Source: an uncultured Halobacteriales archaeon
GTDB taxonomy: Archaea > Halobacteriota > Halobacteria > Halobacteriales > Hikarchaeaceae
Length of the DNA: 64,000 nt
Direction: 5' to 3'
NCBI GenBank assembly: GCA_964510865.1
Contig: CAZEDI010000004.1
Location: 249 to 64,248 of the forward strand
The notes beneath the pieces are model-generated. The model saw only the letters and a list, made by a program, of their open reading frames with translations. It searched no databases and was not told where the DNA came from. Position 1 is the stretch's first letter, and each line of letters opens with the position of its first letter. This document shows, one piece after another, positions 28,233 through 41,478 of this stretch. Position numbers and translations under genes: made by a program.

Positions 28233-30068
28233 ATGACCGATGCCGACGTGGGCAAGACACATACAGTCAGACTCTTCGGCGGGCCGGGAAGCGGGAAGAC
28301 GACTGCTCTCTTGAACCGGGTCGACGAGCTCCTGGAGTCAGGTGTCGAAATCGATGACCTTCTCTTAGTCTCCTACACTCGAGCAGCAGCGGCGGAGGTG
28401 CGCGAACGACTCGCCGAGCGCTTGGACCGTAGCCCCCGATCGCTCCGCGGTAATGTCTGTACGATGCACGCCAAGGCATACGATCTGCTCAACCTCTCTC
28501 GTGGAGACGTTGTTGACGAAGACGACAAGGAGGCGTTTTGTGAGGAGTTCGGGCTGGAATACGAGGACGAGTATAAAAGCGGTGGTCGCCGGACGGCTCG
28601 ATCGACCGCGCTTGGTAACAAGGTGATCGCAACGAGCCAATGGCTTCAACGGACTCGCCGTGACGTGGGAGGGTGGTACGACGTTCCCTTTCAGTGGAAC
28701 GTCGATGAAGTGCGACTCCCACCCGACATAGATCCGAATGCCCAGGAAGGAAACAAGTACACCCCGACCTGGCCGTCTGACGACGACAGGCTATCGGTGC
28801 CGGAAGCGATCCGCGGGTGGCGGACCTACAAAGGAGAAAACGACGTCATCGGGTTCGCGGACATGCTAGAGCGGGTGAAGCAGCGATCCTTATTGCCCGC
28901 TGTCAGTCATCTCGTGATCGACGAATTCCAGGACATTACGCAACTACAGTACGACGTGTACGAAGAGTGGAAGCCGCACATGGAGAAGACGCTAATCGCA
29001 GGCGACGACGACCAGGTCGTATATGCGTGGCAAGGCGCCGATCCGAAGCTCCTCCTGAATGAGGGAGGAGAAGACGTCATTCTCGATACGTCCTACCGCC
29101 TTCCATCGAAGATCCTCCGCGTGGTCCAACGAACCATCCGCCACATCGATGAACGCCAAGAGAAGAACCTGTCACCTCGTAAAGACGGAGGGGAGGTGGA
29201 ATTCATCCAGGATCCCTCTATCCTCGATCTCTCGCGAAACGTCCAGCATACGGTCGAAAGTGATGATGGGTCCGTGATGGTACTATTCCGGGCGCGCTAT
29301 CAGATGTTTGACTTCATTGACGAGTTTGTCAAGTCTGGTATCCCATTCCAGGTGATGACTGATGGACGAATGTGGACTGACCGGCTCGCGGACTACGTCG
29401 AGGCAGTCGAGCGAATCGAGAGCGACGAATCAGTAACTGGTCTCCAAGCCAGACGGGTGGCGGACATGCTCGTCGACTCCGCATTCGGTTCGAACGAGCG
29501 TGACGAACTCTTTGACCTCGTTGACGACCGCGAGGAGGAATCCGACGCCGACGGGCTCGAGGAAATCGAAATCGCACCTGACACCATCAAGGATATCGCC
29601 CCGTTCATGCCCGGTCCTGGTTCTGCAGCGGACATGGTTCGGAAAGTTACGAACGTCCAGAAGAAGAGTATGCGGGCGTATTTCACCGGTGAATTTCAGG
29701 ATACGCCGAAGGACCGCGTCCGTGTGGGAACCATTCACTCCGCGAAGGGCCGCGAAGCCGACCACGTTTTTGTCGCGACGGATCTCACCGAGAAGGTCGT
29801 CGAGCAGATGTCCGCAACCGCAGACCCGGACGATCTCCCAGCAGGGACGGAGTTCCAGTCGAGGGGAGGGAGTGTACCTATCCTCACCGACAACGAACGC
29901 CGCGTGTTCTACGTGGGGATGAGTCGTGCACGCGAACGTCTGGTCGTGCTCGAGAATCTCATCAACGGGGCTCCCACACTCCCGCTCGACGTGCTGCTCT
30001 GCAACGAACCTCGCGAGGAGACAATCGAGGAACTCCTCGCGGCGACGGTCGAGGTCCCCACGCCGTGA
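28233..30068 (+). CDS. UvrD/REP-superfamily ATP-dependent helicase
   Basis: Walker A GGPGSGKTT, VIDEFQD (motif II), SYR, TIHSAKGREADHVF, YVGMSRARE. Confidence 0.8.
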   Translation: MTDADVGKTHTVRLFGGPGSGKTTALLNRVDELLESGVEIDDLLLVSYTRAAAAEVRERLAERLDRSPRSLRGNVCTMHAKAYDLLNLSRGDVVDEDDKEAFCEEFGLEYEDEYKSGGRRTARSTALGNKVIATSQWLQRTRRDVGGWYDVPFQWNVDEVRLPPDIDPNAQEGNKYTPTWPSDDDRLSVPEAIRGWRTYKGENDVIGFADMLERVKQRSLLPAVSHLVIDEFQDITQLQYDVYEEWKPHMEKTLIAGDDDQVVYAWQGADPKLLLNEGGEDVILDTSYRLPSKILRVVQRTIRHIDERQEKNLSPRKDGGEVEFIQDPSILDLSRNVQHTVESDDGSVMVLFRARYQMFDFIDEFVKSGIPFQVMTDGRMWTDRLADYVEAVERIESDESVTGLQARRVADMLVDSAFGSNERDELFDLVDDREEESDADGLEEIEIAPDTIKDIAPFMPGPGSAADMVRKVTNVQKKSMRAYFTGEFQDTPKDRVRVGTIHSAKGREADHVFVATDLTEKVVEQMSATADPDDLPAGTEFQSRGGSVPILTDNERRVFYVGMSRARERLVVLENLINGAPTLPLDVLLCNEPREETIEELLAATVEVPTP

Positions 30069-30179
30069 ACAACCGGATTCACGAACGCGTCGTTCCTGCG
30101 GCCTCGCCACGTCCTTACCCGTTGCGAGTCACTCGCCGGTGGCGGAACGCTTTCGAGCCGGGCACCCAGTAAGATCACT

Positions 30180-30761
30180 ATGTTCACCGGTATCATCGAG
30201 GCGGCTGGCGAGATAGCAGCCGTCGATACCACAGCGGATGGGCGTCGCCTCTGGATCACAGCGCCGTTCACCGAGGAGCTAACGCAGGGGCAGAGTGTCA
30301 GCGTGGACGGTGCCTGTCTGACCGTCGAGGACACGGCAGCGGACCGGGGATTCGAGGTGTTCCTGTCTGCGGAGACGATCGAACGGACGACGGTAGGTGA
30401 GCGATCTGTCGGTGATCGCGTCAACCTCGAACGAGCCATGCCCGCGGACGGTCGGTTCGATGGTCACCTGGTCCAGGGCCACGTCGACGCCAGAACCGAG
30501 GTTCGATCGATCCAATCAATTGGTGAAGACTGGATGTACGTCTTTGCCCTCGATACCAGGTGGGATCAATACGTTGTCGAGAAAGGGTCTGTCTCGCTCG
30601 ACGGCGTGAGCCTCACCGTTGCCTCACGTGATGACGACACATTCTCGGTGGCCATTGTCCCTGCGACGTACGAAAAAACGACGTTTTCCGCACTCGAGCC
30701 TGGAGACATGGTCAATGTCGAGGTCGATGTCCTCGCAAAATACGTCGAACAGCTGTGTTGA
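30180..30761 (+). CDS. ribE: riboflavin synthase (alpha chain, bacterial type)
   Basis: MFTGIIE start. Duplicated GxSVSxDGxCLTV / GSVSLDGVSLTV lumazine-binding repeats. Confidence 0.9.
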   Translation: MFTGIIEAAGEIAAVDTTADGRRLWITAPFTEELTQGQSVSVDGACLTVEDTAADRGFEVFLSAETIERTTVGERSVGDRVNLERAMPADGRFDGHLVQGHVDARTEVRSIQSIGEDWMYVFALDTRWDQYVVEKGSVSLDGVSLTVASRDDDTFSVAIVPATYEKTTFSALEPGDMVNVEVDVLAKYVEQLC

Positions 30762-30794
30762 ACGGTTCTTCGATCGAGATGGCGAGGTGGATCG

Positions 30795-31970
30795 TTAGGT
30801 TCGATCAACCTCATCCATGTCCCCACCATCGGGAGTATCTCCTTCCGCTGAAACTCGATCGACAGATGCTGTCCCCGTCTTGTGTTGCGGCGTTCCCGCG
30901 CCGCTCTCCCGATACGCAGCCCGATAGCGCCTGATTTTCCTGACGAGCACGTAAGCGATCGCACCGTCGTAAACAAGAACGAACCCGATGAACGCGATAC
31001 CGTGGCCGGTCGGATTACCGGTTAGCGCCAAGATCGGGCCAAGGTGCGTGACCACCGTGTTGTATATGGCGTGAAGACCGACGGCGATCACCAGCCCTTT
31101 GACGATGATTGGACCCCTGTCCCCGGGATTGAACTTTGCGAGGCCGAGGTAGTAGCCCGAGAACGCCGCGTACAAGACATGGCCCGGACCCGCGAACGTG
31201 CGGAGGGCCGCGATACCGATGACGGCCCCCACGCCAGCCTCTGGCGACCCCATCTGTTGGGTTTCGAGGTACCGCTGGACGATGTATAGCGAGTTCTCGA
31301 TGGTCGCGAAGCCGAGACCGGCGATTGCCCCGTATACGGCCCCGTCGATGACCGAGTCGAAACTCCTGCTCGGATAGGCGTACAACCGAATGGCGAGCCA
31401 CTTCACGAATTCCTCAACGGGAGCGACCACGATGAAGAAGAAGAGGATGAGGCCGATCCACGGAATGAACTGGAAATATCCTTGCAAGACGGTGTTGACG
31501 ATCGCTGCGAAGCCCGCGAAGAGGAAGCCGAACAGAAACGTGACGACGAGATTCCCCAACGGTTCACGCTTCGTGACGTCGGCCCGCCAGACGTACGCAG
31601 CGATACCAAAAGCTGGAACGACGGAGAGGAAGACGTAGAGACCGACGACTGGCTCGTCCGCGATAGAGACTGCAACGAGCGCAAACTCGGCGATAACGAT
31701 CGCCAAGGCCATCACGACTAACACAGTGCGCCCGCGGGAGAGCAGCGCGGTGTGGAGTCCCACGGCAAAGCGATCGAGGACCGATCGGGGTTCCCACGTC
31801 GCAATGTCGTAGAGATCATGCGTCTCGTCGGCTGCTGCCTCGATCGGGTCTCGCGTATCACGGTGAACATCCCCCTGATACTCACCGTCAGGCCCGTTAT
31901 TCTGGAAGGATTCGGCCGACTCGTTATCCGTTGAATCGTCTCCAGGAACGTCACCGCCCATGACGTTCAT
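30795..31970 (-). CDS. PrsW-family intramembrane metalloprotease
   Basis: PVEEFVKWLA, GFATIENSLY, HAIYN motifs. Multi-TM. Acidic N- and C-terminal tails. Confidence 0.8.
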   Translation of the reverse strand: MNVMGGDVPGDDSTDNESAESFQNNGPDGEYQGDVHRDTRDPIEAAADETHDLYDIATWEPRSVLDRFAVGLHTALLSRGRTVLVVMALAIVIAEFALVAVSIADEPVVGLYVFLSVVPAFGIAAYVWRADVTKREPLGNLVVTFLFGFLFAGFAAIVNTVLQGYFQFIPWIGLILFFFIVVAPVEEFVKWLAIRLYAYPSRSFDSVIDGAVYGAIAGLGFATIENSLYIVQRYLETQQMGSPEAGVGAVIGIAALRTFAGPGHVLYAAFSGYYLGLAKFNPGDRGPIIVKGLVIAVGLHAIYNTVVTHLGPILALTGNPTGHGIAFIGFVLVYDGAIAYVLVRKIRRYRAAYRESGAGTPQHKTGTASVDRVSAEGDTPDGGDMDEVDRT

Positions 31971-32107
31971 TTCGTCTGGTCGGACTGTAAACGTTCCCCA
32001 GCATGGTGATAAGAGCGCGTTTTGACCACACACCGCCAGTCAGCGATCGTCGTAGTCGACCGATTCAAACCCCCTGACATCAAACCGAAATCCATGGGTG
32101 GCAGTCA

Positions 32108-33523
32108 GTGGAGGATGCTAGCGTGATCCGTATCCGACTCCGGGGTATCTACGCCACTGCGCTCACTGAACGTCTCTCCGGTCCTTTCGAGGTCGTCCAG
32201 GCATCCGATCCTATCCAGCAACGGTTCGACGAGACGTTCGTCCCTGCACCACATGACGTTTCGATCGAGACGACTAGTGACCGGCAGGGTGTCGGGATCA
32301 TCGGCGACACTGCCGGCGTCGAACAGGTCGCAGAGACTCTCGGGAGTATAGACCTCGATACATTTGCGTGGGAGGATACTACTCCGCTCGGAACGATCGT
32401 TGAAGCCGACGTGATCGATACGCTGGGGAGCGGGGCGATCGTCGACATGGGACAGCGCCAGGGCTTTCTTTCGTATGATGACGCCGATGATTATGTCGAT
32501 GAAGGGAAGACGTACGTCGTCCAAATCCACGAACCGAGATCCCCCTGGGGTGACCGACGGCCCGGCGTTAGTACAGAAGTACGTGCCTTCGGCGGGATCG
32601 TCGATCTCGTCCGGGGTGCCAGTGGTGTCATGGCGGACGTTGACGAGGAGGAGCGTGCGGAAGAACTGTCAAGAATAACGGAGATGCTGCCGACAGAGAT
32701 TCCCGAGGAGTGGGGTGTCCGCTGGAACCAAGGGGCGTCGAATGCAAGCCTCGAAGATCTCGATGCAGCGCTGTCGTCGACTGTCACCCTTGTCGAAGAG
32801 TGTGATGACCAAGACGACGGACTCGGTCGTGGGACTACCTGGATCTGGTTCGGTCGCGAGTCGCGGTTCGCGCTCGACGAACACCGGCGAGAGGTCACAC
32901 CGACGATGACCGGGCACCACCGGATCAAGGCCGGGGGTCGTGGAGCGAGTACCGCCGTCGACTTCGTCGAACGGCTCGCTGGACAGGCTGATGAGGAGTC
33001 AGCGAACATTCTGATCGGCGACGGGACATTCCCCGCTGAAGCGACATTCGGGCAATTCGGCCCGTCACGTGGTGAAGAGATCGAGATCGTTCACGGAAAA
33101 CCCGACGGGAGCGTCATTTCCCTCGGGCAAGGTACAGTGAGCGACCGTGACGGTGAGACGGTGATCGTGAAACGCGAACTGCGCGGAGGTGGCCGATACG
33201 ATGCGCTCGGAACACCAAAAGAAGCCGGGGACGTGGCGACCACGACGTTCCGAGAAGGCCGGTGGTGGTATCCAACAACGTACCACAGTGATGCAGGAGA
33301 GACGAAGGGTACCTATGTGAACGTCTGTACACCAGTAGAAGTATTCCCAACAGAGGCCAGGTACGTTGACCTGTACGTCGACGTCGTACAGCGACCCGAC
33401 GGGATGGTTGAACGTGTTGACCACGACGAGCTTCGCGTGGCTGTTACCCAGGGTGACGTGAGTGAACCACTCGCGAGGAAAGCAGAGCAGGTTGCCGAGG
33501 CTGTCGGGGGAGCACTCAGCTAA
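32108..33523 (+). CDS. FAU-1 / RNase E/G-like RNA-binding protein (DUF402 C-terminal domain)
   Basis: IRIRLRGIYATALT N-terminus typical of FAU-1, about 470 aa. The start is either the GTG at 32108 or the GTG at 32123. Confidence 0.8.
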   Translation: MEDASVIRIRLRGIYATALTERLSGPFEVVQASDPIQQRFDETFVPAPHDVSIETTSDRQGVGIIGDTAGVEQVAETLGSIDLDTFAWEDTTPLGTIVEADVIDTLGSGAIVDMGQRQGFLSYDDADDYVDEGKTYVVQIHEPRSPWGDRRPGVSTEVRAFGGIVDLVRGASGVMADVDEEERAEELSRITEMLPTEIPEEWGVRWNQGASNASLEDLDAALSSTVTLVEECDDQDDGLGRGTTWIWFGRESRFALDEHRREVTPTMTGHHRIKAGGRGASTAVDFVERLAGQADEESANILIGDGTFPAEATFGQFGPSRGEEIEIVHGKPDGSVISLGQGTVSDRDGETVIVKRELRGGGRYDALGTPKEAGDVATTTFREGRWWYPTTYHSDAGETKGTYVNVCTPVEVFPTEARYVDLYVDVVQRPDGMVERVDHDELRVAVTQGDVSEPLARKAEQVAEAVGGALS

Positions 33524-34996
33524 TTACGAGCGCACATACTGCAAGACGGCACCGATCCCGAGCGCGGCAATAATCGCATCTACACCGAACCCAGGCTGGC
33601 CATCAGTGACAGTCGGTGAGCCGGGGGATGCAGTCGACGTGGACGGAGCGTCGGGGGTAGGCGTAGCGACAGGCGTCGTGTGGGAAGACACATGCGGGTT
33701 ACTCGTCACCGAGCTTTCGGCTGTGTGTTCAGGTGTCGTTGGCGACGCAACAGAGCGGGTAGGTGTCCCAGTAAGTGACGGGGGATCCGGCTGGGTCCCG
33801 GGGCGATCGGGGAACGTGTAAATCGATCCAATGCTCCCAGAAATACCCATATTGCTCGCGACGACACACGTGTCGGCACGCTGGGCGGTCCAGAAGCGGG
33901 AGACGGTGGGCTGGCGCCACCATGCTAGCTCTACAGGCATCTCCGGGTTACTCACATCGTGTATCTTCACCCCGCCCTGATACCACGAGGAGTAGAGGCG
34001 CCCGTCCTCCAGATCGAAGTTGTGTGCTGTTGTCCACGTTCCCCCTATGGAGGGGTCAGCCGTTTGCGGAGGGGCTATCTCCCCCAGTCGCGCTGGGGCC
34101 GTCAGTGTCGAGACATCCCAGAGTGCAATCCCTCCTGGCGCACGGTCAGGGTCAGGGGACCACGCTTCCCGTCCGATCGCGAGGAGGTCCCCCGCAGGGT
34201 TGAGACGGGCGTAGTGGTGGTTACCCGGGAGGACGTTAGCCTCGGTCTCATCGACATCAGCCAGGTCCGCTGGTTCTCGCTCGCCGATGCGGGTGAGAAA
34301 TGACGGGGAGCCAGGATCGGAGACGTCGAGGAGAACAGTTCCCGCATCCCAGTAGGCGAGTACGGCTACCTCATTGCCGACCCAGACGTCATGAACTGTG
34401 CGAAGTGGTGACGGGACGTCGCGCCATCCAGCGTCGCGATCGACGATCGACCACCGACTCACTTCCGTCGGCACTGTCACGTCGACGATGACGACACTAT
34501 TCGTCTGTCCATCGTTCTCGGTGAGGTAGGCGAAACTACCGTTCAAGAAGGCGTTGTGGATCGCGTAGTCGGTCTCGTATACGACCTGGATCGCGGGGTT
34601 TTTGGGATTGCTCACGTCGAAAACGAGCGCCGCATTGAGGGAGTGAGACCCGTGTGCAGGCCCCACGACGAGCAGACGATTGCCAGCGGCCGCGACATCG
34701 TACACCTCCCGGAGCGGACCAGTCTCACGGTCAGCGAGGAGATCACGATGCTCGGCAAGGAGTGTTGGGTTCGACGGGTCGCCAACGTCGACCACGGCGA
34801 ATCCATCCGTTGTCGCGACGAAGACAGTCTCGCCGTCCTCACCCACGACCGCCTCCTTGGCGCCGTCGACGTCGAGTGTACCGAGAAGGCGGAATGGTGA
34901 GTCTGAAGGTGTGCTATCAGCGGCCAACGCCGGTCCGAGAGAACAAACAGACCCTGTACCGGCGACAGCGAGCGAGAGAAAGACACGGCGGTTCAC
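33524..34996 (-). CDS. secreted LVIVD-repeat beta-propeller protein with a Thr/Pro-rich linker and PGF-CTERM anchor
   Basis: Signal peptide MNRRVFLSLAVAGTGSVCSLGPALAA. Repeated xVVDVxDPxxP units (AVVDVGDPSNP, VIVDVTVP, LLDVSDPGSP, IHDVSNPEMP). C-terminus GQPGFGVDAIIAALGIGAVLQYVRS. Confidence 0.8.
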   Translation of the reverse strand: MNRRVFLSLAVAGTGSVCSLGPALAADSTPSDSPFRLLGTLDVDGAKEAVVGEDGETVFVATTDGFAVVDVGDPSNPTLLAEHRDLLADRETGPLREVYDVAAAGNRLLVVGPAHGSHSLNAALVFDVSNPKNPAIQVVYETDYAIHNAFLNGSFAYLTENDGQTNSVVIVDVTVPTEVSRWSIVDRDAGWRDVPSPLRTVHDVWVGNEVAVLAYWDAGTVLLDVSDPGSPSFLTRIGEREPADLADVDETEANVLPGNHHYARLNPAGDLLAIGREAWSPDPDRAPGGIALWDVSTLTAPARLGEIAPPQTADPSIGGTWTTAHNFDLEDGRLYSSWYQGGVKIHDVSNPEMPVELAWWRQPTVSRFWTAQRADTCVVASNMGISGSIGSIYTFPDRPGTQPDPPSLTGTPTRSVASPTTPEHTAESSVTSNPHVSSHTTPVATPTPDAPSTSTASPGSPTVTDGQPGFGVDAIIAALGIGAVLQYVRS

Positions 34997-35061
34997 GGGT
35001 CCTCCCGAGGAAGCGACGGCAAAAACCCTGTCGACGATCGATGAGGTGAGACCACGGGAAC

Positions 35062-36033
35062 CTACCGCGCGGCGTCACCGCTAAGGCCGCCGGTTAGCGC
35101 ACTGGCAACCGCGCCGTAGAGGATTACGTCGTCGCCGAGTTCCGTTGCACGGATCTCCGGGACATTGCTCATCACCATGTCCGGGACGCGTTCCGTGATC
35201 GGTGTGATCACTTGGTCGGGATTATTCAGCGCGACCGCGCCTCCGAAGGCGATTACGAGCGGCGCGTAGGCGTGGACCAGGTTAGCGACGCCGATTGCGT
35301 TCCACTCCGCAACACGGTCGATGGTCTCTGTCGCGAGTGGGTCGTCGGAAGCCGCAAACACGTCAGGGGCGGCGAAATCAGGATCGTCGAGCGGGAGCCC
35401 CGTTTCGATCCCTTCTTCTTCGTGGATCTGCCGGGCATAGCGATGGATATGGCTCCCAGCGCAGTACGCCTCCCAGTGACCATCCTTCCCACAACCACAG
35501 GTCCGGCGACGCTCGGGGTCCACCACGAAGTGGCCGACTTCGCCCGCGTTGCCGTCCCAGCCCATGAGAACCTTCCCGTCCACGGCGATACCGGCACCAA
35601 TCCCGGAGGAGATAGTGACGTACACCATATCGTCGGGGTTGGGCTCGCTGTAGTATCGCTCACCGATCACGCCCGCCGTCGTGTCGTTGTGAAGATACAC
35701 ATCCTCCGTCCCTAGCATATCGCGTACGGGATCGCGGATCGGGATGCGATCGATCTCGTCGGGGAGGTTCGCCGGGTTTTCGACCGTTCCAGCGGCGAGG
35801 TCTAAGGGGCCGATGCTCCCGATGCCAGCTGCCGTCACCGAGGTAGGATCGATACCGACCTCGGCGCAGACCGTCCGGAGTCCTTCGAGGACAGCCTCAG
35901 TGACATCCACGCCGCGAGGTCCCTGGGGAGTTTCACGCCGATCTATCGCGAGGAGTTGTCCCTCGTCGTCCGCAACGGCCGCACGGACGTGCGTCGCGCC
36001 GAGATCGACTCCAGCGTAGTAACCCATTGCCAT
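35062..36033 (-). CDS. ROK-family sugar kinase (glucokinase-like)
   Basis: YAGVDLGATHVR, ISSGIGAGI, zinc motif CGCGKDGHWEAYC. Confidence 0.85.
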   Translation of the reverse strand: MAMGYYAGVDLGATHVRAAVADDEGQLLAIDRRETPQGPRGVDVTEAVLEGLRTVCAEVGIDPTSVTAAGIGSIGPLDLAAGTVENPANLPDEIDRIPIRDPVRDMLGTEDVYLHNDTTAGVIGERYYSEPNPDDMVYVTISSGIGAGIAVDGKVLMGWDGNAGEVGHFVVDPERRRTCGCGKDGHWEAYCAGSHIHRYARQIHEEEGIETGLPLDDPDFAAPDVFAASDDPLATETIDRVAEWNAIGVANLVHAYAPLVIAFGGAVALNNPDQVITPITERVPDMVMSNVPEIRATELGDDVILYGAVASALTGGLSGDAAR

Positions 36034-36200
36034 CGTTTCTCGGTGTATCACGCAAGTCTACGACCTCCCCCGCACAAAACATCACCTGTTTTCCCCGAGC
36101 ACTTACTCGGGTCCGTGTGACTCATTCGCTCAGGTGCCTGTGCGATATGTCACTGCAAGCCACCCAAAGGAGAAAGCACCCTGGGCGCCTGCCCAGATGC

Positions 36201-36878
36201 ATGGATCACCAGATCACGCACCAGCCGTCCTACGCGCTTGCCACTATCGACCTCGAACACGGAGAACGCCTCCGAGCCGAGGCAGGAGCAATGGTGAGCC
36301 ATTCACCAGGCATACAGATCGAAACGGAGTCGAGCGGTGGCATCGTATCCTCGCTGAAGCGTTCCGTGTTCGGTGGCGAGAGCTTTTTCCAAAATGTGTT
36401 CACCGCAGAGAATCCTGGACATGTTTCCGTGGCCCCAGCCCTGCCAGGCGACGTGATCCACGAACGACTCGACGGTCGTCTGCTCGTCCAGTCCGGGTCA
36501 TATTTGGCCTCCGACCCAGCACTCGAACTCGATACGAGTTTTGGTGGCGCGAAGACCTTCTTCGGGAGCGAGGGGCTCTTCCTGCTCGAACTCAAGGGGC
36601 ACGGCAATGCGTTTCTCTCGAGTTACGGTGCGATCGAGGAAGTCGAGCTAGGACCAGGTGAAGAGTACGTCGTGGACACGGGACACATCGTCGCATTCGA
36701 TGGAAGCACGGACTTCACGGTGAACCGGGTTGGTGGGCTGAAATCCACGCTCTTCTCGGGAGAAGGGCTCGTATGCCGGTTTACTGGGCCCGGACGCGTA
36801 TGGCTGCAATCCCGGAGCCAGGACGCCTTCCTCTCCTGGCTCATCCCCCACCTGCCGTCATCCAACGATCGGAGCTAA
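36201..36878 (+). CDS. TIGR00266 / AIM24 (DUF124) family protein
   Basis: MDHQITHQPSYALATIDL...AEAGAMVS...GGESFFQNVF...GLFLLELKG...GEGLVCRFTGPGRVWLQSR. Confidence 0.8.
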   Translation: MDHQITHQPSYALATIDLEHGERLRAEAGAMVSHSPGIQIETESSGGIVSSLKRSVFGGESFFQNVFTAENPGHVSVAPALPGDVIHERLDGRLLVQSGSYLASDPALELDTSFGGAKTFFGSEGLFLLELKGHGNAFLSSYGAIEEVELGPGEEYVVDTGHIVAFDGSTDFTVNRVGGLKSTLFSGEGLVCRFTGPGRVWLQSRSQDAFLSWLIPHLPSSNDRS

Positions 36879-37032
36879 CGGTCGGTCGATTTCTGTCCCG
36901 TCTCCCTCCGAGGTCTTGCTGTGGTTGGGGGCACTGGCGCACCTCGAAACCTCGCTCAGGGAGAACGAAATGGGGGAGTATGGATCCTCAACCGACAATG
37001 TTTCACCCCCGGGAACCATGAGGATGGAGTAG

Positions 37033-40029
<2,997 letters not shown>

Positions 40030-40080
40030 CGCGTCCGAAAACTGCCCACCTTTTTCGTCGTCTCGCCCCTACTGGGAACC

Positions 40081-41136
40081 GTGACTACCATCCATATCGC
40101 AACACGCGACGGGTTTCTGATCGTCGACGAGCCAACGGGCATCCCCACCGTTCACGAGCGCCTCACAGAACAGCACCCGGAGTGCCTGGCAGTCCACCCG
40201 GATACACCGGACCGCGTGTTCTGTGGAACGTTTGATACTGGGTTGTTCCGCTCGATCGATGGCGGTGATACATGGGACCGCGTCGGTGACGAAGCTATCG
40301 ACCCCGGGGAAGACTCGGAAACCGCACGGCGACGCGGCGTCGAGGACGGGGTGTCGGTCATGTCCGTCGCGATTGATCCGAATGATCCCGACACGATCTG
40401 GGCAGGAACCGAGCCGAGTGCGCTCTTTCGTTCGGCTGATGGTGGTGACAGCTGGGAACGGATCGAGGGGATCATGGACCTCGAATCGGCGAGCGACTGG
40501 TCGTTCCCCCCGCGACCATACACCCACCACGTCCGGTGGATCGAGATCGACCCGCACGATGCAGAGCGCGTCTATGTCGGGATAGAGGCTGGTGCGCTGC
40601 TCGTGACCCCCGACGCTGGGGACTCCTGGATCGATCGTCCCCCGGGGAGCAACTTCGATAATCACACGCTGGCGACCCACCCGGACGCCGCTGGAAGAGT
40701 ATATTCGGCGGCAGGCGACGGCTACGCCGAATCCCACGACGGTGGCGAATCGTGGACGCAGCCACAAGCGGGCCTCGACCACCGCTATGTCTGGGGACTC
40801 GCTGTCGACCGAGGCGATCCGAATCGCGTGCTCGTATCGTCGGCACATGGCGCAGGTGCGGCTCACGGACATGGCGGTGCGGAGACTGCCGAGGCGTATG
40901 TGTACAGACGCCAGGGCGAACATTGGGAGCGCATCGATGGCCTCCCGACGGGGGATGGCGTCCTCCGCGCGGTGCTCGCCGCCGGCGGTCCAGGTGAGTT
41001 CTACGCGGCCACTAACAAGGGACTCTACCACTCGACGGACGGCGGAGACTCCTGGACCGAACTCGACGCCGCTCTGGACGCTCTCGCTGGCGATCATGGG
41101 GCACGAGCGATGACTGTCGTCCCCGGTGGTCGGTAG
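40081..41136 (+). CDS. BNR/Asp-box repeat (beta-propeller) protein
   Basis: Four SxDxGxxW boxes: SIDGGDTW, SADGGDSW, SHDGGESW, STDGGDSW. GTG start. Confidence 0.8.
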   Translation: MTTIHIATRDGFLIVDEPTGIPTVHERLTEQHPECLAVHPDTPDRVFCGTFDTGLFRSIDGGDTWDRVGDEAIDPGEDSETARRRGVEDGVSVMSVAIDPNDPDTIWAGTEPSALFRSADGGDSWERIEGIMDLESASDWSFPPRPYTHHVRWIEIDPHDAERVYVGIEAGALLVTPDAGDSWIDRPPGSNFDNHTLATHPDAAGRVYSAAGDGYAESHDGGESWTQPQAGLDHRYVWGLAVDRGDPNRVLVSSAHGAGAAHGHGGAETAEAYVYRRQGEHWERIDGLPTGDGVLRAVLAAGGPGEFYAATNKGLYHSTDGGDSWTELDAALDALAGDHGARAMTVVPGGR

Positions 41137-41425
41137 CTTTATTCTCGTGACCTCGAAAGGAGGTCACAACTGGGACCCTCTCGTGGCGCTAAACCCACTC
41201 GCAGCGATACTGGCGCTGACGCTATTCGGGAGCGCTGTCTGGCTCGGCATGGTGGGCTTATTCATGGGGAAAGTACCGCTCGTGCAGACAGCACTTGCGT
41301 TTGTCGGGCTTGGCATCATCGCGCTGGTTCTCGAGCCGATCGCAACCGGTGCGCTGTATCTCGTCGTCGTCGTGATCATCGGCGTCGGAATGATCGAAGT
41401 CATTCGATTCTTCGAGCTGGCGTGA
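41126..41425 (+). CDS. small membrane protein (start uncertain; GTG at 41183 is possible)
   Basis: Three hydrophobic segments. Overlaps the end of the BNR gene by 11 nt if started at 41126. Confidence 0.4.
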   Translation: MVGSFILVTSKGGHNWDPLVALNPLAAILALTLFGSAVWLGMVGLFMGKVPLVQTALAFVGLGIIALVLEPIATGALYLVVVVIIGVGMIEVIRFFELA

Positions 41426-41478
41426 CTCGCCATCCAGGAGCGGGAAGCTATTTGGTTGCCCGACATCGATCGAACCAC

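Noticed and set aside
29430-30439. Minus-strand ORFs 29430-30110 (226 aa) and 29909-30439 (176 aa)
   Set aside because: They are antisense shadows of the helicase and riboflavin synthase genes.
40069-41097. 342-aa minus-strand ORF
   Set aside because: It overlaps the plus-strand ORF that contains four canonical BNR/Asp-box repeats. The minus translation has no recognisable features.
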